Under the pieces are notes generated by a model. That model was not told the DNA's origin. It saw only the letters and a program-made list of their open reading frames with translations, and did not search any database. Source: Clostridia bacterium (GTDB taxonomy: Bacteria > Bacillota > Clostridia > RUG12999). From it: a DNA stretch of 64,000 bases. Below, piece by piece: positions 49,506-62,328 of this stretch. The position numbers were made by a program, and so were the translations under genes. The DNA is taken from NCBI GenBank assembly GCA_017396395.1, contig JAFQMF010000014.1:71421-135420 (forward strand). Reading direction: 5' to 3'. Position 1 is the stretch's first letter, and the number at the start of each line of letters is the position of its first letter.

Positions 49506-50783
49506 ATGGCTGAAATTAAAGAATTTAAAGGTCTTTTTTACGACAGTGAAATCGTGGGAGACATATCTTCTGTAGTTGCACCTCATTGTCATAGTTCAGA
49601 GGAAGAAACTATCAAAAAGTATGCTTCAAATCATCCTTTTAATATTATTCGTCTTGAGTATCCATCTGTAGATGAAGAAAAGGAGCAGGACAAATACTCT
49701 GTAGCCACAGACACTTTAAACAAGTGGCTGGATACAGGGATTTTAAAGTATGATGACACTCCCGGTATTTATATTCATAATCAGAAATATACTCTTTTTG
49801 AAGAAGAAAAAAACATTTCAAATATAATATGCAGAGTAAAAATTGATGATGGTATTACTAAGCCTCATGAAGATACTTCCTCTGCTTTTTATGATGATTA
49901 TAAAAGTGACAGATATAATCTTATGAATGCCACCGGAGCAGTTTTTAACAGCATTTATGCTATGTATAAGGACCCTGAGGGGGAAATTGCTGAAATTATA
50001 GCATCAGGAGATGAACTTATTACAGAGTTTGCGGATAATTTAGGTACTATACATACTTTGTGGAAAATTACAGATGCTGATAAAATTAATGGTCTAAAGG
50101 AAGCTTTTACAGAAAAACAATTAGTACTTGCAGACGGACATATCAGATACAGCGTGGCAGAGAACTATTGTAAAAGAATAAAGCAGGAGGCAGTTGAATA
50201 TTCCGGAGAAGAACCTTTTAATTATGTTATGATGGAGCTTGCTGTTTTAGGGGATAATCTTCCTGATATTTTGCCTATTCACAGAATTATAAAAAACAAA
50301 CAGGAATTTGACGAAAAAAAGATAATTGAAAAGCTAAATGAGAAATTTGATTTTGAAAAATCCTACATAAGAGAGTGCGATGCTCCAAAAATCAAAGCAA
50401 GACTTGCCGAAAGCAGGGAAAAGCAAGCGATAGGCTTTTATACAGGGAAGGATTACTATTATATTGTGACGCCCAAAGAAAAAGTTATGCACCTATCTGA
50501 TTCTGAAATTTTGCATAAGCTTATTTTGGAACCGGCTTTTTACATTACTAAAGATAATGCTAAAGCTTATCTTGAATATGGAACATCTATTGCAGATTGT
50601 GAAAAAAAGGTAAGAGAGCAAGAGGCAAACTGTGCCTTTTATCTTAATCCTATGAAGGCAGAGGAGATATATGAAGCGGCAGAAGAAAAAAAGCCTGTGC
50701 CAAAGAGGACAAATGCTTTTTATCCTAAACTTATGATAGGGATATTAATAAACAAATTTGAAGATAAGGAGGAAGAAAAATGA
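49506..50783 (+). CDS. DUF1015-family protein, translationally coupled (ATGA overlap) to cdaA
   Basis: 425 aa, uncharacterised family. Its stop overlaps the cdaA start. Confidence 0.65.
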   Translation: MAEIKEFKGLFYDSEIVGDISSVVAPHCHSSEEETIKKYASNHPFNIIRLEYPSVDEEKEQDKYSVATDTLNKWLDTGILKYDDTPGIYIHNQKYTLFEEEKNISNIICRVKIDDGITKPHEDTSSAFYDDYKSDRYNLMNATGAVFNSIYAMYKDPEGEIAEIIASGDELITEFADNLGTIHTLWKITDADKINGLKEAFTEKQLVLADGHIRYSVAENYCKRIKQEAVEYSGEEPFNYVMMELAVLGDNLPDILPIHRIIKNKQEFDEKKIIEKLNEKFDFEKSYIRECDAPKIKARLAESREKQAIGFYTGKDYYYIVTPKEKVMHLSDSEILHKLILEPAFYITKDNAKAYLEYGTSIADCEKKVREQEANCAFYLNPMKAEEIYEAAEEKKPVPKRTNAFYPKLMIGILINKFEDKEEEK

Positions 50784-51619
50784 GCATAATAATTGATTTT
50801 ATTTCAAGGGTGAAATTTTCAGATATTATTGATATTTTACTGGTTGCATATCTGATTTATGAACTTATTCGTCTTGTGTCTGGCACAAAAGCCGCACAGA
50901 TTATAAAGGGTATTGGAATACTTCTTTTAATTACGCTGGTAAGTGACCTGTTTAAATTTAACACCATGAATTATATTTTAAGAAATACAATTCAGGTAGG
51001 ATTGATTGCCCTTATTATTCTTTTTCAACCTGAACTCAGACGTGCACTTGAAAAAGTAGGAAGGAATTTTTTTGGAAATATTTCAAAAGGCTCAAACAGC
51101 TATATGGAAAACACTGAAGAGGTTATTAAACAGGTATGTGATGCATCTGAAGCTTTTTCCAAAAAAAGAACAGGCGCTATAATTGTTTTTGAAAGAGAAT
51201 CAAATCTTAATGAAATGCTGATAGGACAATATTCCTATATTGATTCTGTTGTAACTTCCCCTGTGCTTCAAAATATTTTTTATCCAAACACACCCCTTCA
51301 CGATGGTGCAGTTATAATAAGAAATAACAGAATTGCTACTGCTAATTGTTATCTTCCTCTTACAGGACTTGAAAGTCTTGACCAGGAAATGGGTACAAGA
51401 CACAGAGCTGGAATTGGTATTACGGAGGTTTCAGACTGTATTTCCCTTATGGTATCTGAAGAAACAGGTAAGATATCTGTTGCAGTGGAAGGTGTAATTG
51501 AAAGAGGTCTTTCAAAAGAAACTCTTGCAAAGAAACTTAAAGAGCTTTTAATTCCCGAAGATAATCAAAATGAGAAAAAAGGCTGGCTGAAACGGATGGT
51601 GAATAATAATGCTAAGTAA
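50780..51619 (+). CDS. cdaA: Diadenylate cyclase (c-di-AMP synthase) CdaA
   Basis: Three N-terminal TM helices plus a DisA_N domain with DGA (HDGAVIIR) and RHRAGIGITE motifs. Confidence 0.9.
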   Translation: MSIIIDFISRVKFSDIIDILLVAYLIYELIRLVSGTKAAQIIKGIGILLLITLVSDLFKFNTMNYILRNTIQVGLIALIILFQPELRRALEKVGRNFFGNISKGSNSYMENTEEVIKQVCDASEAFSKKRTGAIIVFERESNLNEMLIGQYSYIDSVVTSPVLQNIFYPNTPLHDGAVIIRNNRIATANCYLPLTGLESLDQEMGTRHRAGIGITEVSDCISLMVSEETGKISVAVEGVIERGLSKETLAKKLKELLIPEDNQNEKKGWLKRMVNNNAK

Positions 51620-52625
51620 AATTTTTGAAAACAAGATAGTTCAGATGATTTTTGCTGTTGCCGTTTCTATTGCAGTGTGGAGTTATGTTGTTATTACCGA
51701 TAATCCGCAATACACAGAAAATCTTACTGTTACAAATATTGAATATGCTGGTATGAAGGGAATAACCGATAATGACCTTTATATGCTGGATGATCTTCCA
51801 CGAGGTATTGAAGTGAGAGTTACAGGGTCCAGAAATTTAGTTACAAAAATAACTAACGGCTATAGTGCTAAAATAGATTTTTCAGGAATTTATGGTGCAG
51901 GGGAATATGATGTTCCTGTTACTGTTACAGTGCCAAGCGGTGTAACCTTGAAAAAGATTAAGCCCGAAACTATTCATGTTTCTATTGATACAGGTAAAAC
52001 AAGGCATATACCAACATCGGTAAATATTACAGGTGAAGAAAAAAATGGTTTTGAAATAACTCCCGTTGATAAAGAGATTGCTGTAAGCGGACCTTCCAGT
52101 ATTGTTTCAAAAATAGCTAAAATATCTGTAGAGATTGATACTAAAAATATAACTGATGAAAAACAGCAGAAATTTTATGGTGTTGCTGTGGACAGTAGCG
52201 GCGAGGTCATATTAGATGAACGTATAACCTTTGATAATTCTTTAAAAGTAGATGTAAAAAGAATTAAAGAGGTTCCTATAGCTTTTACTGATTCGGATTT
52301 GCCTGAAGCAATTACTGGTATGTACGAAACAGATATACACCTTAATAAAAAATTTCTTAAGGTGTATGGAGAAAAAGATGCACTTGAAAAGCTGGAAAAA
52401 TTAAAGATTGATGTTAGAAATATGATATTTGACCCTGTATTGAAAGAGCAGGAAATAACAGGAAAAGTTATTCTTCCTGAAGGAATAACCTTAGGAGAAA
52501 ATGGGGAAAATAAGGTTATAATTACCATTACTTATACATTAAAAGAAGTGGAGGAAAATCCCTCTGACGATGAAAATAATGAACATTCCGAAATTATCCC
52601 GTCAGATAGCATAGAAAATCAATAA
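51609..52625 (+). CDS. cdaR: CdaA regulatory protein CdaR (YbbR-like domains)
   Basis: N-terminal TM segment and repeated YbbR-like beta domains. Overlaps the cdaA 3' end by 11 nt. Confidence 0.8.
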   Translation: MLSKIFENKIVQMIFAVAVSIAVWSYVVITDNPQYTENLTVTNIEYAGMKGITDNDLYMLDDLPRGIEVRVTGSRNLVTKITNGYSAKIDFSGIYGAGEYDVPVTVTVPSGVTLKKIKPETIHVSIDTGKTRHIPTSVNITGEEKNGFEITPVDKEIAVSGPSSIVSKIAKISVEIDTKNITDEKQQKFYGVAVDSSGEVILDERITFDNSLKVDVKRIKEVPIAFTDSDLPEAITGMYETDIHLNKKFLKVYGEKDALEKLEKLKIDVRNMIFDPVLKEQEITGKVILPEGITLGENGENKVIITITYTLKEVEENPSDDENNEHSEIIPSDSIENQ

Positions 52626-52701
52626 TTTGAGATATTTGGCGTAATCTTTTGAAATACGGAGAAAAAATAAGAGATTACGCTATAATCTTATATTTTTAAG
52701 T

Positions 52702-52730
52702 TTGAAATTTTTACCAAAAAAGAGTAATAT
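52702..52730 (+). promoter_or_regulatory. sigma-A promoter (TTGAAA - 17 nt - TAATAT) for groESL
   Basis: Read directly, immediately upstream of CIRCE. Confidence 0.6.
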
Positions 52731-52734
52731 ATTA

Positions 52735-52761
52735 TTAGCACTCAAAGAGAAAGAGTGCTAA
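52735..52761 (+). promoter_or_regulatory. CIRCE operator (HrcA binding site)
   Basis: TTAGCACTC-aaagagaaa-GAGTGCTAA, a perfect match to the CIRCE consensus inverted repeat with a 9-nt spacer. Confidence 0.9.
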
Positions 52762-52803
52762 TAATATTTGTTAGATTATTATTTATATAGGAGGATTTTA
52801 TTT

Positions 52804-53088
52804 ATGAAAGTAAAACCATTACTTGACAGAGTAGTTGTAAAGGCTACAGAAACAGAAGAAACTACAAAAAGCGGTATTGTTCTTCCAGGCTCTGCACAGG
52901 AAAAACCTCAGATTGCACAAGTTGTAGAAGTTGGTCCCGGTGGAATAGTTGACGGAAATGAAGTAAATATGCAAGTTAAGGTTGGAGATAAGGTTATCGT
53001 CAGCAAATATGCAGGCACTGAAGTTAAAATTGATGGTCAGGAGCTTACTATAGTAAGACAGGGCGATATTCTTGCAATTGTTGAATAA
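52804..53088 (+). CDS. groES: Co-chaperonin GroES
   Basis: MKVKPLLDRVVVKATETEETTKSGIVLPGSAQEKPQ... 94 aa. GGAGG RBS. The track's upstream ATG lies inside the CIRCE/promoter region and is rejected. Confidence 0.95.
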   Translation: MKVKPLLDRVVVKATETEETTKSGIVLPGSAQEKPQIAQVVEVGPGGIVDGNEVNMQVKVGDKVIVSKYAGTEVKIDGQELTIVRQGDILAIVE

Positions 53089-53102
53089 AAGAAAGGAAGT
53101 AA

Positions 53103-54740
<1,638 letters not shown>

Positions 54741-54764
54741 TTCCACCCTCTTTAAAGTAATAAA

Positions 54765-54796
54765 AAAGCCGAGATTAATTAATCTCGGCTTTTTGT
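54765..54796. terminator. Bidirectional terminator between groEL and dapA
   Basis: aaaaagccgagattaa-ttaatctcggcttttt. Confidence 0.7.
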
Positions 54797-55683
54797 TATA
54801 TAATCTCTAAAAATTCCATTTCGCGTTTTAAAAGTTCTTTGTTTGCCTCCGACATATTCCAAAGAGGAAGGCGGGTATAATCATTACAATGCCCTGTAAG
54901 GGAAAGTGCGTATTTTATGGGTATTGGGTTTGTTTCGCAAAACAAAAGAGAAATCAGCCTTGCATATTTGCTTGTAAGCGTGCGGGTTTTATTTATATCT
55001 CCACCCAAAAAGCTATTGCAGATTTCAGATACCTGCACAGGCAAAATATTTGAAAGTACGGATATAACTCCCACACCTCCACATGCAAGAGTGGGAAGAA
55101 TTACATCATCATTACCTGCATATACCGCAAAATCTTCTCCTGCTTTTGAATGAATAGGTCCAATTACCCGTAAATCTCCGCTTGCTTCCTTGATTCCGCA
55201 GATGTTTGAAACATTTGCAAGCTCTCCGCAGGCACAGGGAGAAATATTCATTCCTGTCCGTGAAGGAACATTATACAAAATTACAGGAAGATTAGTGGAG
55301 TTTGCCACAGCAGTAAAATGCCTAATTAATCCTTCTTCGTTTGTCTTGTTGTAATAGGGGGTAACATGTAAAAGGGCATCTACCCCACTGGATTCTAAAA
55401 GCTTTGACAGCTCAATTGCCCTAAAAGTATTATTACTGCCTGCACCGGCAATAACAGGGATTTTACCATTAACCTTCTTTAAGACAAATTTCGCCATAGT
55501 AGCTTTTTCATCATCTGTAAGGGTAGATGCCTCTCCTGTAGTTCCAAAAATAATTAAGGCATCAATATTACCTTCAAGCTGAAAATCTATCAGCTTATCA
55601 AGCGCATTGTAATCAATCTTGTTATCTTTTGAAAATGGTGTAACAAGTGCAGTTCCGCACCCTTTAAACACGCATTTTTTCAT
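54796..55683 (-). CDS. dapA: 4-hydroxy-tetrahydrodipicolinate synthase
   Basis: GTALVTPF, FGTTGEASTLT and catalytic-Lys region GIKEASGD. Confidence 0.85.
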   Translation of the reverse strand: MKKCVFKGCGTALVTPFSKDNKIDYNALDKLIDFQLEGNIDALIIFGTTGEASTLTDDEKATMAKFVLKKVNGKIPVIAGAGSNNTFRAIELSKLLESSGVDALLHVTPYYNKTNEEGLIRHFTAVANSTNLPVILYNVPSRTGMNISPCACGELANVSNICGIKEASGDLRVIGPIHSKAGEDFAVYAGNDDVILPTLACGGVGVISVLSNILPVQVSEICNSFLGGDINKTRTLTSKYARLISLLFCETNPIPIKYALSLTGHCNDYTRLPLWNMSEANKELLKREMEFLEII

Positions 55684-55722
55684 AACAAATTACGCATCCT
55701 TTTTTATTTATTTTTTAAAATA

Positions 55723-56790
55723 TCATTTTTCTGCAAGAAGTTCAGCCATAAGGACTCCGCCGCCTGCAGCCCCTCTTAATGTATTGTGAGAAAGACATAC
55801 AAATTTGTAATCATACTGACTGTCCTGACGAAGTCTGCCCATAGAAACAGCCATACCATTTTCAAGATTTCTGTCCAATTTTGCCTGTGGACGGTTATCC
55901 TCTTCAAAGTAGTTAAGGAACTGCTTTGGAGCACTGGGAAGGTTAAGCTCCTGAGGAGCACCTTTGAAATCCTTCCATGCCTGTTTAATTTCGTCAATGG
56001 TAGGTTTCTTTTCAAAGCTTACAAATACTGCAGCTGTATGACCATCAGAAACAGGAACACGAAGACACTGTGTTGTAATAGCGGGAGTTGTAGCATCTAC
56101 AATTTTATCTCCTTCAATTTTACCCCAGATTTTAAGAGGCTCAATTTCGCTTTTTTCTTCTTCTCCGCCAATGAAGGGAATAACGTTATCAATCATTTCA
56201 GGCCATGTTTCAAAGGTTTTACCTGCACCTGAAATTGCCTGATATGTACAAGCAAGTACATTTTTAATACCATACTTCATAAGAGGGTGAAGTGCAGGTA
56301 CATAGCTCTGAAGTGAGCAGTTGGATTTAACTGCAATAAAACCTCTTTTTGTGCCAAGTCTTTTTTTCTGAGCATCAATAATTTCTGCGTGTTCAGGATT
56401 GATTTCAGGAACAATCATAGGAACATCATCTGTATGTCTATGGGCAGAGTTGTTAGAAATTACTGGACATTCTGCCTTTGCATAAGCTTCTTCCAGAGCG
56501 CGGATTTCATCCTTTTTCATATCTACAGCGCAGAATACAAAATCCACTGTTTTAGCGATGTATTCAAGGTCTGCAGTTGCATCGTAAATCTTCATATCTT
56601 TTACTTTTTCAGGCATAGGAACAGGCATTTTCCATCTTCCGCCAAGTGCCTCCTGATATGTTTTACCTGCACTTCTGGAAGAAGCAGCAAGTAATTCAAT
56701 GTGAAACCAGGGATGATTTTCCAAAAGAGTAATAAATCTCTGTCCTACCATACCTGTAGCACCGATAATACCAACCTTGTAATTATGCAT
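55723..56790 (-). CDS. asd: Aspartate-semialdehyde dehydrogenase
   Basis: VGIIGATGMVGQRF Rossmann motif and active-site Cys in SNCSLQS context. Start set at MHNYKVGI, which has an AAAGGAAAG RBS. Confidence 0.85.
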   Translation of the reverse strand: MHNYKVGIIGATGMVGQRFITLLENHPWFHIELLAASSRSAGKTYQEALGGRWKMPVPMPEKVKDMKIYDATADLEYIAKTVDFVFCAVDMKKDEIRALEEAYAKAECPVISNNSAHRHTDDVPMIVPEINPEHAEIIDAQKKRLGTKRGFIAVKSNCSLQSYVPALHPLMKYGIKNVLACTYQAISGAGKTFETWPEMIDNVIPFIGGEEEKSEIEPLKIWGKIEGDKIVDATTPAITTQCLRVPVSDGHTAAVFVSFEKKPTIDEIKQAWKDFKGAPQELNLPSAPKQFLNYFEEDNRPQAKLDRNLENGMAVSMGRLRQDSQYDYKFVCLSHNTLRGAAGGGVLMAELLAEK

Positions 56791-57012
56791 ATATATCTTT
56801 CCTTTCATACCGCATTTTATTTTTATGCTAAAAAAATTTTTTTTATTACATTAAAAGTTATATATAGTATTTTACCACATAAAGGGAGTTTAGTCAAACT
56901 TTTTTGTAATGCAATTTTAATATAAATATATAAAGGAATTTTTTATTTTTTGTTGAATTTAATTAAAAACGGGTAAGTTTTGACAAAAATATGAAAATGC
57001 GGGGAAAATCCA

Positions 57013-58242
57013 ATGAAAAAGCTTGTTTCATTTATAATTATAATATCGACAGTTTTATCTTTTAACATAAGTACATATGCTATTGACGGAGAAAGAGATA
57101 TTAGAGTAGGATTGAATTATGATACTACTGCTCTTGCAAATATTACTCTTAAAAGTGATGGGTTAATTCAAATTGGAGAGCTTCAGTGTTATAATAAGGT
57201 TAATGCAAACTATAATGCAGAAGATAAAGTTTTAGAAATATTTGATGCAGAGGGTAATATAATTATTAAAGCGGAAGAAAATGAGCCCTGTCTTTTGGTG
57301 GCAGAGGGCGGAAACTTTGAAGTAGGAGACAGAAAATACAGAAAAAGCATTGAACTTACTGCAACACCCTCAGGAATAAGGGTTGTAAATGTTCTTCCTC
57401 TTGACCACTATTTATACGGAGTACTTCCAAACGAAATCTATCCTTCCTGGGGAGAAGAAGCATTAAAAACTACTGCCGTTGCATCCCGAAGCTTTACACT
57501 TGCCAGTATGGGCGGAAAACATGAAGATGATGGCTTTGATATATGTACCAATACTCATTGTCAGATGTACAGAGGTATGGGAACAGAATATGCTTCTACC
57601 AACAAAGCAATAGACGATACTGCAGGACAGGTGCTTACCTACAATAATAAAGTTATCAGTGCAGTGTATAGTGCAAATAACGGGGGATATTGCGAATCTT
57701 CGGCAAATGTATGGGTGGCAGACCTTCCTTATTACAAGATAAAGAAAGACCCCTATACTCCTGAGGATTTATGGACAGTAAACTATACAGGTGACGAAAT
57801 AAGAGAAAGAATAAAATCAAAAGGTAAAGATATTGGTAAGATTACAGGAATAAAGGTTACAAAAACCTCAGAGTCAGGAAGAGTTACTGAACTTACAATT
57901 ACAGGCACAAACGGCAAGTATGTAACAACTAAGGATTCAATACGCTCTTTGTTATCTCTTAAAAGTACAATGTTTGAAATATTAGTAAACGGCAATAGTT
58001 TAGAATCCCTTATTTCAGCTATTATAGCTATGGAAAACAGTGCGGATAAAGGGACTATATTATCTGAAATTGTATTCCCTGCATATGACATCAAAGTTAC
58101 TATCAATGGAAAAGGCTATGGTCACGGAGTGGGTATAAGCCAGTGGGGATGCAAGAATATGGCAGATATGGGTAAAAGCTATACCGAAATTTTAGACTTT
58201 TACTATGATGGTGCAGAAATAAAAAAATTAGGTGAATTTTAG
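57013..58242 (+). CDS. spoIID: SpoIID/LytB-domain protein (stage II sporulation protein D-like peptidoglycan lytic enzyme)
   Basis: Signal sequence, then SpoIID domain motifs [28 protein letters not shown]. Confidence 0.75.
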   Translation: MKKLVSFIIIISTVLSFNISTYAIDGERDIRVGLNYDTTALANITLKSDGLIQIGELQCYNKVNANYNAEDKVLEIFDAEGNIIIKAEENEPCLLVAEGGNFEVGDRKYRKSIELTATPSGIRVVNVLPLDHYLYGVLPNEIYPSWGEEALKTTAVASRSFTLASMGGKHEDDGFDICTNTHCQMYRGMGTEYASTNKAIDDTAGQVLTYNNKVISAVYSANNGGYCESSANVWVADLPYYKIKKDPYTPEDLWTVNYTGDEIRERIKSKGKDIGKITGIKVTKTSESGRVTELTITGTNGKYVTTKDSIRSLLSLKSTMFEILVNGNSLESLISAIIAMENSADKGTILSEIVFPAYDIKVTINGKGYGHGVGISQWGCKNMADMGKSYTEILDFYYDGAEIKKLGEF

Positions 58243-58342
58243 ACTTGATTTTTTATTTTTTAAGGTGTATAATGGGTTTATAAATATTTATGTAACATTT
58301 GGAAATAATACATATAAAATTTATAAAAAGGAGAAAACAGAA

Positions 58343-58876
58343 ATGGAACTTAAAGGCTCAAAAACAGAAAAAAATCTTATGGCTGCATTTGCAGGAGAAT
58401 CTCAGGCAAGAAACAAATACACCTATTTTGCCTCTGTTGCAAAAAAAGAAGGTTTTGAACAGATTTCAGCAATTTTTCAGGATACAGCCAATAACGAAAA
58501 AGAACACGCTAAAATGTGGTTTAAAGAATTAAAGGGAATCGGTGATACTGCTGCTAACCTTAAAGCTGCTGCCGAAGGCGAAAACTATGAGTGGACAGAT
58601 ATGTATGCAACCTTTGCAAAAGAAGCTGAGGAAGAAGGATTTACTGCTCTTGCTGCAAAGTTCCGTATGGTAGCAGAAATTGAAAAGAGCCACGAAGAAA
58701 GATATCGTAAGCTTCTTGACAATGTTGAAATGAAAAAGGTATTCGAAAAGAGTGAAGAAACTATGTGGGAATGCCGTAACTGCGGACACCTTGTAGTTGG
58801 TAAAAAAGCTCCTGAGGTTTGCCCTGTTTGTGCACATCCCCAAAGCTACTTTGAAGTAAGAAAAGAAAATTATTAA
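58343..58876 (+). CDS. rbr: Rubrerythrin
   Basis: [30 protein letters not shown]... ferritin-like diiron domain (ExxH twice) plus a C-terminal rubredoxin-like CxxC...CxxC. Start set at the RBS-bearing ATG, not the track's upstream ATG. Confidence 0.85.
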   Translation: MELKGSKTEKNLMAAFAGESQARNKYTYFASVAKKEGFEQISAIFQDTANNEKEHAKMWFKELKGIGDTAANLKAAAEGENYEWTDMYATFAKEAEEEGFTALAAKFRMVAEIEKSHEERYRKLLDNVEMKKVFEKSEETMWECRNCGHLVVGKKAPEVCPVCAHPQSYFEVRKENY

Positions 58877-58887
58877 TTTTTAAAAAA

Positions 58888-58940
58888 TAAAAACCACAGA
58901 TTTGAAGTGAACGCCAAATTTCAAATCTGTGGTTTTTTGT
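58888..58940. terminator. Bidirectional terminator
   Basis: aaaaccacagatttgaa-...-ttcaaatctgtggtttttt. Confidence 0.65.
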
Positions 58941-59710
58941 TATTCTAAAAGATCTGTTATATCATATCTGTGGGCTACTTTAAGAGAAACCTTCAAATTT
59001 TCCTCCCTTAGCATTTCAGATACAATATTATAAGCTAAATCAGGAGTGTTATTTTCAACACTTAAATGGCCCAGAATAATTTTTTCAGTACCGCTTCTTG
59101 CAAGTGCACAGGCAAGCTTTCCTGCCTGATGGTTACTCATATGGCCAACAGGTGAAGAAATTCTGCATTTTAAAGGATAAGGATATGGCCCCTGTGTTAG
59201 CATTTTCTCGTCATAATTTGCCTCGATAAGTGCTGTGTAACAACCTTGAAGATTATTTGCAAAATCTGCAGTTAGCTTACCGTTATCAGTAGCAATTGCG
59301 ATTTTTTTATCACCGCATAAAAGGGTATATCCTACAGAAAAGGCTGAATCGTGAGATGTGGCAAAGGGGAGAACATCAATATCCCCAACAGGAATTACTC
59401 CTCCCGGAACCGAAATCCGTCTGTTAAAAACAGGTATATAATCTCCACAGCTTCCGATATTTTCCCAAGTAGGTCCTGTTGCATACACAGGAACACTGTG
59501 CTTTTTTGAAAATACCTTTAACCCCTTAATGTGGTCCCCGTGTTCGTGGGTAATCAAAATTGCATCTACACTGTCTTCACCTATCTGATAAAGTGCGTCT
59601 GATACTTTTCTGGCACTAATTCCGCAATCAATTAAAATCCGTGTGTTTTTATAACGCAGAAAAGCGGAATTTCCGCTGCTTCCGCTTGAAAGTGAGTAAA
59701 ATTTAAGCAA
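58940..59710 (-). CDS. MBL-fold metallo-hydrolase (YycJ/WalJ-like)
   Basis: HEHGDH metal-binding motif (ILITHEHGDHIKG). Confidence 0.7.
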   Translation of the reverse strand: MLKFYSLSSGSSGNSAFLRYKNTRILIDCGISARKVSDALYQIGEDSVDAILITHEHGDHIKGLKVFSKKHSVPVYATGPTWENIGSCGDYIPVFNRRISVPGGVIPVGDIDVLPFATSHDSAFSVGYTLLCGDKKIAIATDNGKLTADFANNLQGCYTALIEANYDEKMLTQGPYPYPLKCRISSPVGHMSNHQAGKLACALARSGTEKIILGHLSVENNTPDLAYNIVSEMLREENLKVSLKVAHRYDITDLLE

Positions 59711-59725
59711 AGTTTACCTCCCTGG

Positions 59726-60994
59726 TTAATTGGAGGGGTCGCTGTCACGTTGAATGTCAGCACCTATTGACCTTAATTTTTCTGCGAAATGTTCATAACC
59801 TCTGTCAATATACTTAATATTACGTATTACTGTTTTTCCTTCAGCCATAAGACCTGCAACAACAAGAGCAGCACCTGCACGAAGGTCAGTAGCATTAACT
59901 ACCGCACCGGTAAGCTTGTCCACTCCTTCAATAACAGCCATTCTGCCGTTTACTGTAATATGGGCACCCATTCTGCGAAGCTCATCTACATACTGGAAAC
60001 GATTTTCCCATACTCCTTCTGTTACAATGCTTGTTCCTTTAGCAACAGTTAAAAGTGCTACAGCAATAGGTTGCATATCAGTGGGAAATCCAGGATAGGG
60101 AAGGGTTTTTAAATTAGCCTTACCTACAGTTCCGTCACTTATAATTCGAATGGAGTCACTAAATTCCTGAACAGTAATATTCATTTCCTCAAGTTTGGCA
60201 CTTATTGCCTCCATATGCTTTGGAATAACATTTTTTATAAGCACATTTCCACCTGCAGCTGCAGCAGCCACCATAAATGTTCCTGCCTCAATCTGGTCGG
60301 GGATAAGAGCATAGTTGATATTTTTATTAAGCTCCTTTACACCTTTAATTCTGATTACATCAGTACCTGCACCCTTTACATTTGCACCCATAGCGTTAAG
60401 AAAGTTTGCTACGTCAACAATATGAGGCTCTTTTGCCACGTTCTCAATAATTGTTGTGCCTTCTGCCAATACGGCGGCAATCATAATATTAATGGTTGCA
60501 CCAACACTGACGGTATCAAGGTATATATTTGCACCCTTTAAAGGAAGAGTGGTTTTTGCTTTAAAAATTCCGCTGACACTTACATCTGCACCAAGTGCGG
60601 TAAACCCTTTTTTATGAAGGTCAACAGGACGTTCTCCAAAATTACAACCTCCAGGCATAGAAACCTCTGCGTTGCCGAATCTGCCAAGAAGAGCGCCTAC
60701 GATGTAATAAGAGGCACGCATATGATTAAGTACTTCAAAGTCTGCAACAGTTGCAATATCACCGCTTGCATCAATACGAACAGAATTACGGCTGAGCCTT
60801 TCCACCTTTGCACCCAGTCTGCCTATTACGTCAAGTATGTAATTAATATCTTTAACATCGGGAATGTTTTCAATGGTACATGTACCCTTATTCAAAAGGG
60901 CAGCAGGAAGTATAGCAACTGCCGCGTTTTTAGCACCGCTTATGTCAACCTCACCATATAAACTTTTGTTACCGTTAATAACAAATTTATCCAA
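59726..60994 (-). CDS. murA: UDP-N-acetylglucosamine 1-carboxyvinyltransferase (TTG start)
   Basis: 422 aa. (M)[33 protein letters not shown]... and catalytic Cys in [10 protein letters not shown]. Confidence 0.9.
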   Translation of the reverse strand: MDKFVINGNKSLYGEVDISGAKNAAVAILPAALLNKGTCTIENIPDVKDINYILDVIGRLGAKVERLSRNSVRIDASGDIATVADFEVLNHMRASYYIVGALLGRFGNAEVSMPGGCNFGERPVDLHKKGFTALGADVSVSGIFKAKTTLPLKGANIYLDTVSVGATINIMIAAVLAEGTTIIENVAKEPHIVDVANFLNAMGANVKGAGTDVIRIKGVKELNKNINYALIPDQIEAGTFMVAAAAAGGNVLIKNVIPKHMEAISAKLEEMNITVQEFSDSIRIISDGTVGKANLKTLPYPGFPTDMQPIAVALLTVAKGTSIVTEGVWENRFQYVDELRRMGAHITVNGRMAVIEGVDKLTGAVVNATDLRAGAALVVAGLMAEGKTVIRNIKYIDRGYEHFAEKLRSIGADIQRDSDPSN

Positions 60995-61196
60995 ATAAAA
61001 GCACCTGCCTTTATGTAAATTTTGTAAAATTAATACAGCTTATATATATTATATCATAAAATATTTAAAATGCAAATATTTTTTAGTGTTACCAATATTA
61101 TTTTTTTGTTACAAAGGCATCGTGGATTTGTCTTCTTTAAAAGTAAAATTTTAATAATAAATATTACCTAAAATCAAGAAAAAACTCCAAAATTTA

Positions 61197-61225
61197 TTGA
61201 CATATTTGCTTTTTTGCAGTAAAAT
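61197..61225 (+). promoter_or_regulatory. Consensus sigma-A promoter (TTGACA - 17 nt - TAAAAT) for pheST
   Basis: Read directly. The leader is short, with no T-box. Confidence 0.55.
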
Positions 61226-61266
61226 ATATGTATATATTTATGTAGATTTTTTTATGGAGGCAAATT

Positions 61267-62301
61267 ATGAGAGATAAATTACAGGAAATTGAGCGTCTTG
61301 CAAAAGAAGAGCTTTCTGCTTTAATGGCTGACGCTGCAGATAAAAAAGAGGCACTGGAAAATTTAAGAGTTAAGTATCTTGGAAAAAAAGGTGAGCTTAC
61401 TGCTGTGCTTCGCGGTATGGGTGGACTTTCTGCTGAGGAAAGACCTATTGTAGGTCAGCTTGCAAACGAAGTCAGAGCATCCCTTGAAACTCTTATTGAA
61501 CAGGCTAAAACTCAAATTGAGGAATATGAGCTTAATAAGAAGCTTAAAGAGGAAGAAATTGATGTTACTATTCCGGGTAAACACGGAGAGGCAGGCAGAC
61601 TTCATCCTATTACTCAAATTACAAAAGAAATGACAGATATTTTTATCGGTCTTGGTTTTGAAGTGGTGGATGGCCCTGAGGTTGAATATGATTATTATAA
61701 CTTTGAAAAGCTTAATATTCCCAAAAACCATCCTGCAAGAGATACACAGGATACATTTTATATAAACGAGGAAATCGTTCTTCGTACTCAAACCTCTCCT
61801 GTACAGGTGCGTGTTATGGAAACAAGAAAGCCTCCTATCAGAATTGTTTCTCCCGGACGAGTTTATCGTTCTGACGCTGTGGACGCTACACATAGTCCTC
61901 TTTTCCACCAGATGGAGGGACTTGTTATTGATAAAGGCATTACTATGACTGACCTTAAAGGTACACTTGAACTGTTTGCTAAAAAGTTGTACGGTGAAGA
62001 TGCAAAAATAAGACTTCGCCCTCATCACTTTAATTTCACAGAGCCTTCTGCTGAAGTTGATGTATGTTGCTTCTCCTGCGGAGGAAAAGGCTGCAGACTT
62101 TGTAAAGGGGAAGGCTGGATAGAAATTCTTGGTGCCGGTATGGTACATCCAAAGGTGCTTATGGGTTGCGGAATTGATCCTGATGAATATAGCGGTTTTG
62201 CCTTTGGAATGGGTATTGAACGAATTGTTATGAGAAGATACGGAATTAAGGATTTAAGACTTTTGTTTGAAAATGATGTTAGATTTTTAAAACAGTTTTA
62301 A
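61267..62301 (+). CDS. pheS: Phenylalanine--tRNA ligase alpha subunit
   Basis: 344 aa. Class II motifs ([12 protein letters not shown]..., GAGMVHP). Confidence 0.9.
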   Translation: MRDKLQEIERLAKEELSALMADAADKKEALENLRVKYLGKKGELTAVLRGMGGLSAEERPIVGQLANEVRASLETLIEQAKTQIEEYELNKKLKEEEIDVTIPGKHGEAGRLHPITQITKEMTDIFIGLGFEVVDGPEVEYDYYNFEKLNIPKNHPARDTQDTFYINEEIVLRTQTSPVQVRVMETRKPPIRIVSPGRVYRSDAVDATHSPLFHQMEGLVIDKGITMTDLKGTLELFAKKLYGEDAKIRLRPHHFNFTEPSAEVDVCCFSCGGKGCRLCKGEGWIEILGAGMVHPKVLMGCGIDPDEYSGFAFGMGIERIVMRRYGIKDLRLLFENDVRFLKQF

Positions 62302-62328
62302 AACAGGCTTTAAGGAAAGGACAATGAT

